From Octopus sinensis (lineage: Eukaryota): 64,000 nt of DNA. Shown here one piece after another: positions 11,275-24,120 of this stretch. Position 1 is the stretch's first letter; the number at the start of each line of letters is the position of its first letter. The stretch spans positions 49,538,001 through 49,602,000 of the forward strand of contig NC_043003.1 in NCBI RefSeq assembly GCF_006345805.1. The letters run 5' to 3'. The notes below the pieces were generated by a model. The model saw only the letters and a list, made by a program, of their open reading frames with translations. It had not been told where the DNA came from and made no database searches. Both the position numbers and the translations under genes were made by a program.

Positions 11275-12569
11275 TAAATATCTTTGACTTTATGCACAGA
11301 GTGTCCTAAACTATTTGTGTTTAATCTAAAATGGACTAAAGATGAAAGGGTCCGTGGTACATTGCACTAAGTTGTAGCCAGTCTAGTGAAATTCATCTCT
11401 TTCTTTCCAGTGTTGTACACTTATGGCAAGATCTGAACTCCTTGGACACACCATGCATTTATTTTCTTGTTTTCTGTAGTTTGGGGCAATTTTTTTGCAT
11501 TTTCCATTCCACTGACATCACTATAAGCAGATACTGACAAAATATTGATGTTAATACAATCAACAACACTCCACTCTCACCATCTAAAAATTTTGTCTTC
11601 TACTGAATCCAAAGAAATTAGCTATACTGTTCTCACAGTTTACAATTCTGACATATACATACCATACATATTCATGATACATATTTGCAGTGTAACAGCT
11701 TTACTTTTGATGGCTACATGACTTTGATCAACATATCCTTAGAAATACGATAAGCCGAATCAATCCTTTAAATGGTGGTCTAGAATTTTATTTACTCAAC
11801 TAGTTCTGACACAAAAGCAAAATATATTTGCTCAAAGATGACCTTGCTAACCATAGACATAATTTGTGATACCACTTTACTAATTTGGCCTCAGATAATT
11901 TTATTACATGGTTTCACACGATTTTCAAGGCTTCATGCTTTAACATGATACTAAAATATATCCCATGATACTGTTCTCAATACAGAGGCAAATCACTCAA
12001 ATGAACTAGATAGCGTATCAGCTCATTTCATTATGTCCCAGAGTAGAATATTTTACTCTACACGCCTCAGTTCACCTGGTTATATAGAATAGGGTGTAAT
12101 ATCATTAGGAAATGTTTCTTGTTATAGTTTGATATGCTATTCTGGTGGAAATTTTTTTTCCATCTGTTTTATTCTTTATAAGGAAAATGAAGCTAAACCT
12201 ATCAATGGTCTTCTTTTTTTTTTTCCCTTCCAGTTTTACTATTTTGGGGGCATCATATTGCTTCTGTCCAAAGATGACAGCTACAAAAGTACATATTCAC
12301 ATCAAAAATAACCACAGAATCGATTTTCTCTGATGAAATTAAAACTGTGCATGGGTCTTGCCTATCTCTGTCTCTCGTGTCATTTCTCTGTCAATACACC
12401 AAGTCAGACTGGATCAAAAGTAAATGAAATACATGAATTTTCCATGTGTACTCTTTAGCAATATTTCACATCCACATAGTGATTCTTCAGTCAGCACTTC
12501 AAAAAATATGCTTAGCTGAGAAGATCTAATAAGACTTAAATATGTCCAGAGTTGTCTCCTACATTTGCT

Positions 12570-12905
12570 GAATAATTAAAATATTGGTTTCAAATTTTGG
12601 TAGAAGACTGGCACTTTTAGGGGTTTGGTTAAATCGATTATATTGACCTCAGTACTCAACTCATACTTATTTTGGAATAATTAAAATATTGATTTCAAAT
12701 TTTGGCACAAAACTAGCAATTTCAAGGGAGGGGGTGAGTCAATGACATCGACCCCAGTGCCCAACTGGTACTTATTTTATTGACCCCAAAAGGATGAAAG
12801 GCAAAGTTGACCACAGCAGAATTTGATCTTAGAATGTAAAGCAGGACAAACTACTGCTAAGCATTTTGCCAGGCATGCTAATGATTCAGCCTCTTTGCAG
12901 CTATA
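12570..12905 (-). mobile_element. family B tRNA-derived SINE with ~100-bp tandem duplication of its 3' tail
   Basis: aataattaaaatatt(g/ga)tttcaaattttgg occurs at ~12571 and ~12676; head gaatttgatcttagaatgtaaag... Confidence 0.75.
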
Positions 12906-12933
12906 GAATAAATTTTTAAAAATATTATTAGTC

Positions 12934-13350
12934 AGGCGCAGGAATGGCTGTGTGGTAAGTAGCTTGCTTACGAACCACATGGTTCCAAGTTCAGTCCCAC
13001 TGAGTGGTACTTTGAGCAAGTGTCTTCTACTATAGCCTCAGGCCGACCAAAGCCTTGTGAATGGATTTGGTAGACAGAAACTTAAAGAAGCCCATTGTAT
13101 ATACGTATATGTATATATATGTATGTGTGTGTTTGTGTATCTGTGTTTGTCCCCCCCCCCAACATCGCTTGACAACCGATGCTGGTGTGTTTACTTCCCC
13201 ATAACTTAGTGGTTCAGCAAAAGAGATTTATAGAATAAGTACTAGGCTTACAAAGAATAAGTCCTGGGGTCGATTTACTTGACTAAAGGCTGTGCTCCAG
13301 CATGGCCACAGTCAAATGACTGAAACAAGTAAAAGAGTAAAAAGAGAAAG
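12934..13350 (+). mobile_element. family A SINE, full length
   Basis: aggcgcaggaatggctgtgtgg...gactgaaacaagtaaaagag. Confidence 0.9.
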
Positions 13351-14805
13351 AGAGTCACTGAGCTAACGTTTTTTTTTTTCAGTGCATAATAATTTCTAAT
13401 TGGGTTTGAGTAAACCAGTTGAATAGTCCTTCACCCTTTATATGGTATATCCATGTAAGTTAATGGGTTCAGCTAATGAGTCACTCATAAATTTTGCTGT
13501 GATGTTATTTTTTGTTAGTTGTTGTTTTATGGTAACTGTTTGCAGTTATGTGCATTGGAGCCCTTTGAAATTTAAATTATTTGACCATAAATACAATGCA
13601 GCTAATGACAAGGTATAAACCAATGACTCACAGCTGATCATCTGGCACCCTACTCACATGACTGCACAGTCTCTGATCTGGCCCTAATCACTAATGAATA
13701 ACAATATAACCGCTACCACCATGTATAATCTTTCTTACACCATCATTACCCTCACCACGACTACAAGTCTCATCTTCATGACCACCACTATGAAAACCCA
13801 TCATTGTGGTCATCACGATCATCATCACCACCAACATCACCGATGACAGTATGTAGTTTGTCCTTGTGTGTGTATGTGCCATGGGGGTGGGGATCATGTC
13901 CTTCCGAACTGGCATTTGATTCGTTGATTTTAATATTTATAGCTTTGTTTGATTCCCTGCTTTCATCAACATTGTACTAAGCTGCCCTCCCATACATGCA
14001 TCTCTGCTATCATTATATTCATTATAATCATCCTTTAAATACTCCCTCCATCATCATCAACATCATCACTATTATCACTATCTTCACTCCCACCACCACC
14101 ACCACCACCACCACCATCATCATCACCATCATTGCAAAATTGCAATTACCAAAACCAACAAAATATAAATTTTAAAAGCAGCTAAAATCTTTAACCTAAT
14201 AAAATTAAAAAAAACGAAAACAACCCCATAAAATGATTATTTCTTCTCGCTTAATGAATGAGAAGAGGCTCTCTTTTTGTGGCCATCTCCTCTCTCTCCC
14301 CTTTCAACTTTGGCATTCAGATAAGTCTAGCCTTACTCTTGACTCATGGCTCTATTCTCTCTCCTCTCATCATTAATTATGTTTTATTTACAGCTGCATT
14401 TTTTTGGAGTGTGGGGGGCTAATTAGACAGTTCCTTTATTTAAGGGACACATTGACCTCTCTGACCTCCCTCATACCAAACAATATCTGAGTAGTTGCCT
14501 GCTAGCTCGTAGTGTTGTTGCTAACCTTCTGTAGTAGTAGTTGTTGTAGTATGACCCTAGGACATCTCTGATCAAGCACTCCTATGGTCTGCAGATAGTC
14601 GACTAAGTCCAACCCACAGATACCTGTTTCAAATTATACCCTACTGCTGCCTAAATGAGGACCCTACTACACATTCCGACATGCAGTGATGAATTATGTG
14701 AAGATGCACTGCACAACTACACAATACACAATACACTGCACAACTTGCACTCTCTGCACCATCCAATCTATTGCTGAATCCATCATCAACACAAATTAAC
14801 ACTTT

Positions 14806-14990
14806 CACATTCAGAGTAATCAGTCAAATGCGATGTTTATTTCTTCACATTGTTTTGAATTAATCGCGCAACATTACATAGCTTGAAGGTTTCAATAACA
14901 TGATTGATTTAGAAGGGCATTGTGCATTAAGGAATGAGAAGCCAGGTCTGGCTGGTTTAACCCTTTAGCATTCAAATTACTCTGTCAAGC
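14806..14990. mobile_element. piggyBac-like MITE fragments (partial body plus a second left end)
   Basis: Homologous to 37907-38125; TTAACCCTTTAGCATT at ~14958. Confidence 0.65.
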
Positions 14991-15011
14991 ATATTATCAT
15001 CATCATCATCA

Positions 15012-15437
15012 TAGGCATAAGAGTGGCTTGTGGTAAGTGCCTTCCTTACGAACGACATGGTTCCGGGTTCAGTCCTACTGCGTGGCAACTTGGGCACAAG
15101 TGTCTTCTACTATAGCCTCAAGCCAACCAAAGCCTTGTGAGTGGATTTGGTAGCCGGAAACTGAAAGAAGCCCATTGTATATAAATGTATGTGTGTATAT
15201 ATATATATGTGTGTGTGTGTGTGTATATGTTCGTGTGTCTGTGTTTGTCCCCCCCCCCAACATTGCTTGACAACCGGTGCTGGTGTGTTTACGTCCCTAT
15301 AACTTAGCAGTTCGGTAAAAGAGACTGATAGAATAAGTACCAGGCTAACAAAGAATAAGTACTGGGATCGATTTGCTTGACGAAAGGTGGTGCTCCAGTA
15401 TGGCCACAGTCAAATGACTGAAACAGGTAAAAGAGTA
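15012..15437 (+). mobile_element. family A SINE, full length
   Basis: Head and tail diagnostic motifs present. Confidence 0.88.
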
Positions 15438-15439
15438 AA

Positions 15440-15735
15440 ACAGTATTTAACGACCATTTTCCACACTGGTGGACGGTTTGACTGAAATCTGGTAAGCTAG
15501 GGAGCTGCACTAGGTTTCAATCTGATTTGGCATAGTTTCCTCAGCTGGATGCCCTTCCTAACGCAAATCACACCAAGAGTGTAGTGGGTGCTTTTTATGT
15601 GCCACCAGCATGGGTACCAGTTATATGACACTGGCATCAGCCATGACTGCAATTTCACCTGGTTTGATTGGTCTTCCGAAGAATGATATACTGCCAAAGG
15701 TCTCGGTCACTTGTCATTGCCTCCACGAGGCCCAA
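15440..15735 (-). mobile_element. family C repeat
   Basis: gctggatgcccttcctaacgc...gtgggtgctttttatgtgccacc. Confidence 0.85.
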
Positions 15736-15794
15736 CATTCAATGTTTATCTATTCAAATTGGTTTGAATTAATCATGCATTTACTTGCTGCTTC

Positions 15795-16405
15795 TAAGGC
15801 AGCAAGCAGACAGAAATGTTAGCACGCCGGGCAAAATGCTGAGCGGTATTTTGTCTGCCGCTACGTTCCGAGTTCAAATTCCACTGAGGTCGACTTTGCC
15901 TTAATCGGAGTCGATTAAATAAGTACCAGTTACGCACTGGGGTCGATGTAATCGACTTAATCCGTGTGTCTGTCCTTGTTTGTCCCCTCTGTGTGTAGCC
16001 CCTTGTGGGTAGTAAAGAAATAGGTATTTTGTCTGCTGTTACGTTCTGAGTTCAAATTCTGCCGAGGTTGACTTTGCCTTTCATCCTTTTGGGGTCGATA
16101 AATAAAGTACTAGTTAAGCACTGGGGTCGATGTAAGTGACTCAATCCATTTGTCTGTCCTTGTTTGTCCCCTCTGTGTTTAGCGCCTTATGGGAAATAAA
16201 GAAATAAGAAATGTTAGCACACCAGGCGAAATGCTTAGTGGTATTTCATCTGTCTTTACATTCTGAGTTCAAATTCTGATGAGGTCAACTTTGCATTTCA
16301 TCCTTTCAGAGTTGATAAATTTAAGTTCCAGTTATGTGCTGGGGTCAATTTAATCGACTGGCCCCCTCCCCCAAAATTTTGGACCTTGTACCTGTAGTAG
16401 AAAAG
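15795..16405 (+). mobile_element. family B SINE, head-to-tail trimer
   Basis: Three B-box segments (gagttcaaatt) at ~15870, ~16049 and ~16265, each followed by ...ctggggtc(g/a)at. Confidence 0.88.
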
Positions 16406-16714
16406 AATATTTTGGTGAGATATGGTCTGTTTAACTGCTAAACATAAAACTGGTAGAATAATTTGGCCAGATATGGTCAGTTTAAATACTAAAGGGTTAA
16501 TGTCTTCTTTGCCATGTTTGCATGGGTCAGATAGAATTTATTGAGGACAGATATTCTAAAGCTTGAAGCTCTTCCAGTCACCAACTCTCACCTGTTTTAT
16601 ATTTCCCAATGACCAGGCATATTTTTTTTACATAGATGGAAGACTGGAAACAAACAACACTGCTTGTATGCAGGTGATACTCATTTACAATCTTCACACT
16701 ACTACTACTATCTA

Positions 16715-16914
16715 AGATGGCAAAATTGTTAGCACATCTGGCAAACTAGTCAGTGGCATCTCATTTGATTCTTTACATTCTGGGATCAGATTCTGTCAAG
16801 CCCTTTCATTCCTCCAGGGTTGATAAAATAAAGTACTGGTCAAGTACTGGAATCAATGTAATCAACTTGCCCCCTCCCCTCAAAATTGCTCACCTTGTGC
16901 CAAAATTAGAAAGA

Positions 16915-16959
<45 letters not shown>

Positions 16960-17110
16960 ATTAATATTATTATTTCGTCTGTCTTTACGTTCTGAGTTCA
17001 AATTTCGCTGAGGTCGACTTTGCTTTTCATCTTTTTGTGGTCGATAAAATAAGTACCAGTTGAACCCTGGGGGTTTATGAAATCAATTTATCGCCCTCCC
17101 CCCACCACTA
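16715..17110 (+). mobile_element. two degenerate family B SINE copies separated by (ATT)n
   Basis: ttctgagttcaaatttcgctgaggtcgactttgc at 16991-17024. Confidence 0.75.
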
Positions 17111-17689
17111 CCACCACCTCCAACTTACTGCCCTTGAGTCAAAATTTGAAATCATCATCATCATCATTGTGGCCACTGTCATCATCATTATCCTCACCAC
17201 CACCACCATAACCACCACCACCAAGATCATCATTATTATCATCGTCATTATCGTCGTTGTTGTTATTACCATTATTATCATCATCATTATTATTATTATT
17301 GTTATTATTATTATTATCATTATTAGCCATAGTAGTAATTGTAGAAATAATAGTTTATTGATCTGTCCATCAAAATTCTAACGAAACAACGGGACCCTTC
17401 CCAACTTATTGAAGGAAATTGTAGCAATTCTTACTATGTCCTGCAGGAATAAACTAATTGTATCTCCTTCTTCCTTTTTTTTCTTTTTGCATCTGTCCTC
17501 AGCTGCCTCCTTCTTCTCTGCCACTTTTCTTCCTATTTTACTTATCATGGTCCTACACTGCTGAATTCACCCTCCACTGCACCGTCTATCCAGCGCAGTG
17601 CCAGTACTTTTCTGACATTTTGTTCTGTCTATAATCAGTCCAGAAATACCAGAACGCAATACTAAAGATTCTACTGAAGACACGCACAT

Positions 17690-17737
17690 ACATACATGCA
17701 TACATACATACATATATATGTATGTATATATAGTATA

Positions 17738-17802
<65 letters not shown>

Positions 17803-17997
17803 ATATATATGTGTATGTATATACATATATCTATATATATGTGTATGTATATACATATATATATATGTGTGTATGTATATACATATATATATATATGTGT
17901 GTATGTATATACATATATATATATATATGTATGTATGTATATACGTATATATATGTATATACGTATTATATATATATGTATGTATGTATGTATATAC

Positions 17998-18036
<39 letters not shown>

Positions 18037-18037
18037 C

Positions 18038-18076
<39 letters not shown>

Positions 18077-18077
18077 C

Positions 18078-18137
<60 letters not shown>

Positions 18138-18260
18138 ATATGTATATATATGTATGTATGTATATATGTATATATATGTATGCATGTATATACGTATATG
18201 TGTATATGTATATACATGTGTAGACATATACATAGAATGCATTCATACATGCATGCACAC
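17690..18260. repeat. ~550-bp (TA)n tract with higher-order TATG/TACG units
   Basis: Directly visible; explains the six YIYI ORFs. Confidence 0.95.
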
Positions 18261-18619
18261 ATGCACACGTGTATGTAGAATATTTATTGATTTTTGAGAA
18301 ATGGTAATATTTTGGAATTTTGGCATCACGCTATTGAGACATACCGCTCTCATCCTCAACATCACCATCACCATCACCACAATCACCGTTGCATTCATCA
18401 TCATTATCAGCATCATTGTTGTCATAATCATCATTATCATCATGTAATGAAATAAGCTTATTGTTATCATTATTATCATCATCATCATCATCATAATCAT
18501 CAACATCATCTTCATCATCGTTGTCATCATTTTCCTGCTCAGCTTCCTAATCTTCAACCATTGCTCTTGTTGTTAGTCATATTTTTCTTTTATTCTTGGT
18601 CCCTAGATTATAATATATA

Positions 18620-19160
18620 TCATCGTCATCGTTTAACGTCCATTTTCCATGCTAGCATGGGTTGGAAGCCAAGAGACTGCATCAGGCTCCATTCTGATCT
18701 GGCAGTGTTTCTACAGCTGGATGCCCTTCCTAACACCAACTCCGTGAGTGTATGGGTGCTTTTTACATGCCACCGGCACAGAAGCCAGTCGTGGCAGTGC
18801 TGGCATCAGCCACATTTGAATAGTGCTTAGACTGTGGCCATGCTGGGGTACCATCTCAAAGAATTTTAGGTGATTGAATCACCCCAAGTACTTCTCTTAT
18901 TTTTTTTAAAGCTTGGCACTTATCCTATTGGTCTCTTTTGCAGAACTGTAAGTGATGGTGATGAAACCACACCAACAGCAGTTGTCAAGCAGTGTTGGTG
19001 GACAAACACAGACACAAAAATACACACACACACACACACACACACACACCACACACACACGGACACACACACATACACACCTATGTTGTGCTTCTTTCAG
19101 TTTTCACTCACAAGGCTTTGGTCAGCCCAAGGTTATAGTAGAAGACACTTGTCCAAGATA
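18620..19160 (-). mobile_element. family C fragment abutting a family A SINE
   Basis: gtttaacgtccattttccatgctagcatggg (C) followed by gactgtggccatgctggg...gaagacacttgtccaag (A). Confidence 0.75.
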
Positions 19161-19429
19161 GATGTATTGGCTCCAATGTATGTCACTATTATATCATATT
19201 GAATCATTCTCTTTCTCTCTCTTACCTCTAGTGTAGTATTCTATTGAAGACCTTGCACTGTCTCAGAATCAAATATGCTGTGCTAGAAAATGGATCATAA
19301 TGTCCCTTTCCTTCAAGAAATGGAGGTTTGATTGAGATCTTGCAACATCTTGCAACATCTTCTCATGCTCAAAAATCCATGTGAAGAAACCAGAGATAGC
19401 AAACACAGAACAGTTTTTTTTTTTTGTTT

Positions 19430-19875
19430 TAAAGCATTCGCTTGTTACAAGGTCCTTAGATCACTGAAAACGTAGGAGCTACTAGAATAAAATGGATGCT
19501 AGAAAGAAGTCAATAGGTGACAATGTAAATTAGACTTAAAAGAGTGGAGGTCATATTGAAGAGGAAAAACAAGACTGTGGAAGGGAATTCCAAAGTTCAG
19601 AGGTGCGAGAGAAGGAACTGGTACTGTAAAGTGCTTTATGACACTTAGGAGGTTGCACAGTATACTGATGAGAACTGGATGCAAGTCCAGTTGATTGCTG
19701 ATAAGTTCTTAAAGGAGGAACCAGAGAAGAGAGCTCAGCTAAACAATGTCCATGAAAATAGTTATAGAAAAGAGAAAAGGAAACCACATGACGATGATGA
19801 GAGAGTGAATCCAATTTAGAAGATAGATCAGGACCAATAGCATTACAAATACGGTGTTGAATGTTGTCCAAGAGA
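19430..19875 (-). mobile_element. CR1/L2-like (non-RTE) LINE ORF2 C-terminal fragment
   Basis: ORF 19551-19871 LDSLSHHRHVVSFSLFYNYFHGHCLAELSSLVPP...SHQYTVQPPKC...YSTSSFSRTSELWNSLP matches the recalled LxxRRxVxxLxLFYxY...RTxxLWNxLP tail of CR1/L2-group RTs; clade assignment from memory. Confidence 0.75.
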
Positions 19876-20224
19876 GTTAAACTGTCAAATTTAAAAAAAA
19901 AAAAAAAAATTTGGCAGGATGGAATGTTTTGGTATTATTGGTCTCTTGGTGGTTCCACAGTAAATATATGCATGGCATCAGTCTACTCATTGTGCCTGTC
20001 ATTATTTTTCTGTTTGAAACTGGTTTTTTATAATGCTTTTTTAATCATAAATCTTTAAAATGTAACTGCTAATTTAACCTTATAACGGTGATAAGATCCC
20101 AGCAAACTGTGAATGTGATGTGACATGTTTGAGCCATATCATCATCATCATCGTCATCAATACCACCATACCATCATCACGTCATCATCATCACTGCTGC
20201 CACCATTGTCATCATCATCATCGT

Positions 20225-20520
20225 CATCATCATTTAACTCCTGTTCTTCCATGCTGCCATGAATGGGATGGTTTGATGGGAACTTGTAAGTCAGAAGACT
20301 GCACCAAGCTCTGCTGTCTGCCTTGGCACAGTTTCTATGGCTGAATGCCCTTCCTAACACCAACCACTTTACAGAGTGTACTGGGTGCTTTTTAGGTGGC
20401 ACCAGTAGCAGTGAGGTCATCATGTGACTTGCAGGACAGAGCCCTAAACTGGGGGTAGTACTGTTGAGGGGCAAAAAAGGTGTATTGCATTAGAAGAGCG
20501 ACATGGTTACATCAGATGGA
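20225..20520 (-). mobile_element. family C repeat
   Basis: catttaactcctgttcttccatgc...gctgaatgcccttcctaac. Confidence 0.75.
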
Positions 20521-20567
20521 GAGAGAGACACACACAGATATGTGTGTGTGTGTGTATATATATATAG

Positions 20568-20772
20568 TTAATCCAAACAAGAAAGCACAAAACAACACAA
20601 CAACACGAGGACGTGGAACAGATATAGTATTATTGGACGCTCAGGAAAGAAGGAAAGAAGGAGGGTTTAACGTTTTGAGCGGAGCTCTTCGTCGGAAGCA
20701 TAGGAGAAGGAAAGATCCAGAGAAGGGAAGACAGAGGAAAAAAAATCGCCAACGGTACACACGAGGTCACAT
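20568..20772 (-). mobile_element. Penelope-like terminal fragment in a TA/CA microsatellite
   Basis: Short purine-rich insert bounded by microsatellite, carrying the HHR-like motif at 20665-20699. Confidence 0.55.
20665..20699 (-). ncRNA. minimal HHR-like variant (core CCGACGA)
   Basis: gctt CCGACGA A GAGC tcc GCTC AAAA CGT T aaac; stem II perfect, stem III ACGT, G12>A at a CpG. Confidence 0.5.
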
Positions 20773-20859
20773 TTTATGTATATACACACACGTGTGTATG
20801 TATGTATACATATATGATGGACTCTCCTGTCCTTAGACAACATATGACGGTTTGATAAT

Positions 20860-21118
20860 CTCTAACCAAACAACCACACAGATGATTTGTCTATAGTGAT
20901 CAAATGTTTGTGTATACATAAGCTCACTCCCTCCATCAAATCGACATTACCTGTACAGGTGCAACTGGGTGCCACATGTCAGATGCCAAAATGATTGCAG
21001 AGCGATGTGAATGAAGTGCTTTGTTCAAGAACACAACACGAAGCCTGGTCTGGGAATCGAACCCATTATCTTACAATCGTGAGTGCAACACCTTAACCAC
21101 TGAGCCATGTGCCTTCAT
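20860..21118 (-). mobile_element. family F tRNA-derived SINE
   Basis: Minus-strand head aggcacaTGGCTCAGTGGttaaggtgttgcactcacgattg...GGTTCGATTCCc (A and B boxes; CTCACGA loop resembles tRNA-Val-CAC). Confidence 0.8.
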
Positions 21119-21162
21119 GTGTACATATCTATCTATCTATCTATCTATATATCTATATATAT

Positions 21163-21201
<39 letters not shown>

Positions 21202-21205
<4 letters not shown>

Positions 21206-21522
21206 GAAATGAAGAATGCTGACAAAATAATTTAAGTAAGGGAGAGTGTATTTAATTAGGTGAAAGTTCTTTTTACCGGTTGGGCATTTGTTATGCTTAT
21301 CAAAAGATATTTTTTTAAGAGAGATAGAATTCCTTTCTGATAGATTTTTTTCTCTTATCTCAGATAAGAGAAAAAAATCTATCAGAAAGGAACTCTATCT
21401 CTCTTAAAAAAATATCTTTTGATAAGCATAACAAATGCCCAACCGGTAAAAAGAACTTTCACCTAATTAAATACACTCTCCCTTACTTAAATTATATTGT
21501 CAGCATTTTCTTCATTTCCTTT
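21202..21522. repeat. near-perfect 321-bp palindrome (fold-back element) inside (TA)n
   Basis: Arms 21202-21360 and 21362-21522 around a single C at 21361; by-eye alignment gives 2 substitutions and one 2-nt indel. Confidence 0.95.
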
Positions 21523-22188
21523 TTTTATATATCACAACTCGTGTTCCACATCTCCTTTTTTAATATATATATATATATATATATGGAGTTAGGGTGGTCT
21601 TAGGAAAGGCATCCACTGTAGACACCATACCAAAATACACTCTAGGATTTGGTGCTGTCATCTGGTTTATTGTCGCCTACCAAACTGTACAACCCATGTC
21701 AGCATGGAAAATAGGCATTAAATAGTGTAACAATGATACACACAACACATAAAGAAACACATGTTTGTATATCTGTGAACTTAAATTCCATGAGACCCCT
21801 TTCGTGTTTTGCTTTGGGTGAGTGGAGAAATTTGATTGTGTGCAAATGTTGTCTTTCTTTGTAAACAATGTGCGTATCCATGCGCTATCTTCAATTAAAA
21901 TAATTCAATTTCATGTTGAAAATCTTGTGTGCAAGTAGATATATTTTTTTTTGTGTGTGTGTGTGTTAGTTGTAAAATGTGTAAAAGCACATAAGCATGC
22001 ATCTCTGGGAGAGCAATGCATCGGGGACATTTTGGCAGCTTAAGTTGTTTTCCAAGATCCCGTGCATAAACAGTGAAAGACTTGACTAATTATTTTGATG
22101 CATAGAAGAATTGGTCTTGGTGCAATGGATTTTTATGACACATGGTTGACAGCTGGAAAATCATTTCTCAAATACCTGCATAACATTG

Positions 22189-22228
<40 letters not shown>

Positions 22229-23674
22229 GAGAGAGTATGTATGTATGTATGTGTGTGTATGTATATATATATATATATACATATATATGTATTATGTGTA
22301 TACATATATATACATATGCATACATACACATACACACACACATATATATACATATATATATATTTGAATGAACGTATATATGTTTGTGCTTTGTGCACGT
22401 ATGTATGTATGTTTATGTATGCATATTTGTGTATGTATATGTGTTTGTGTATAGATGTGCGTTTGCATATATATGTATGCGTGCATGTGTGTATACTTAC
22501 ATATGAGTATATATATGAGTGTGTGCGGGGTCGGGGTCGAGTATTGTGTTCATTTAACTATATTGGCTTCAGTATGATGGTGCTCTTTCCCTGGACAGAA
22601 ATAACTTTTGTGATGAAGATGTTCTCTCTAATGGCACAAATCACTCATCCTTGAAATTACAGTGAAATCTTGTCTTTTTGACACTGGGCATAAAAAAATA
22701 AAAAACAAAAAATTTAATAAATAAATAAAAACAACCTCCTTCAGTTATATTGAGTTACTGACCTCAATATTTTCCATTCCAAATATAGCATTCTTTTGTA
22801 CTAAGCTTCTAAGTGTGGAATATGGTTTTGTTTTGTTTCATCCACTTCAGTTTGCCTGATTAACAAAAGATAGGGACCACTCCATAATCCTTGAGCACAT
22901 GTTTGACATGTTCAGTCAGCCTTTTTATCATACTCTTAACATAAGGAGTATTCAATTTTTTGGTATTTTTAGTCACCGGAAAAAGCAAAAACTCTGTGTG
23001 TGTGTATGTTTGTATGTGTATATAAATGTCATTCCATGTGTTGTTTAACACTGGTAAAGATAGTGTCTTTGTCCAGTAAGCAAAAAGCCCCATGTTTTCA
23101 GTTTTCAGAATGTAAGAACCAGAGAAATGAAAAAATGAAAAAAAAATACTTTACTTGAAAACAGGTAAAGGTTGGTGAGTGGAAGAGCATTCAGTCATAG
23201 CAAATCTTACTCAGTACATTTTGTTTTACTTTCTATGAAATGATAGACACACAAAACTGAACAAAGAATTGAATGAATTTATGCAATGAGTTCAATCTTC
23301 CAAGGTCGAATTTGTACTTAGTCCTTCAGAAGATCAATAAAATAAAGTATCATTCAAGTACTAGAGCTGGTTGATATTACTAAAATTTATTGAAGATATG
23401 AATGGAATTATAATAGATGAATAAAAATTATAAGAGATGAGTAAAAAGATTAAAACATTAAGTTTTACCAAAACTGTATTCTAATGTCTGAGTATCCATT
23501 TCTGTTGCTAACCTCTGACAAAACTCTGTGTATATTCTACATAAGAATACTGAGAAACTACAGTTACTGCACATACTTATACACACATACTTATACATAC
23601 ACATCTGACCACATACACACATTCAGACACACACACACATGCACACTCACATGTACACACATCTAGACAAATCA

Positions 23675-24120
23675 ACGAAGGAGCTGTTACATAGTCATTC
23701 AAATTGCTAGGCATGGCTGCCAAATCTCCTTCAAATCACACTGTCAAAAATTGAAGAGTATACTGAATAATGTGTTACTGGATGTATCATGTCTGAATAT
23801 AAGATGGAATGGTGACAGCTGGAATGTCTTTGACCAAAGTTCAGCTCAGTCAGAACTGATCTGGACCAAAACAACAACAACAACACCATGGACTGCATTT
23901 GGTTTATCTGGTTGATTGACAACAGATGAAGAACCTCTATGGAGTTGCTTGACTGGCTAGAAATAGCAATCGAATTTCATCCTGCAGTGTTAGAAAATGA
24001 TACATTAGATAATGAGGTTCTGTGTTTTATGTACCTAGGGGATAAGATTGGATGATAATGGCTGGAATTCCTTTGGTTGTAAGTTTCTTCATAGGGATTG
24101 ACCAAGAGCTTAGCAACAAC
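23675..24120 (+). mobile_element. family H retroposon 3' ends, two degenerate tandem copies ending in (AAC)n
   Basis: gctagaaatagc/gctaggcatggc ... gctggaat(g/t)c(t/c)tttg ... aacaacaac twice; related pieces at 1915-1985, 5175-5250, 36850-36935 and 55730-55795. Confidence 0.6.
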
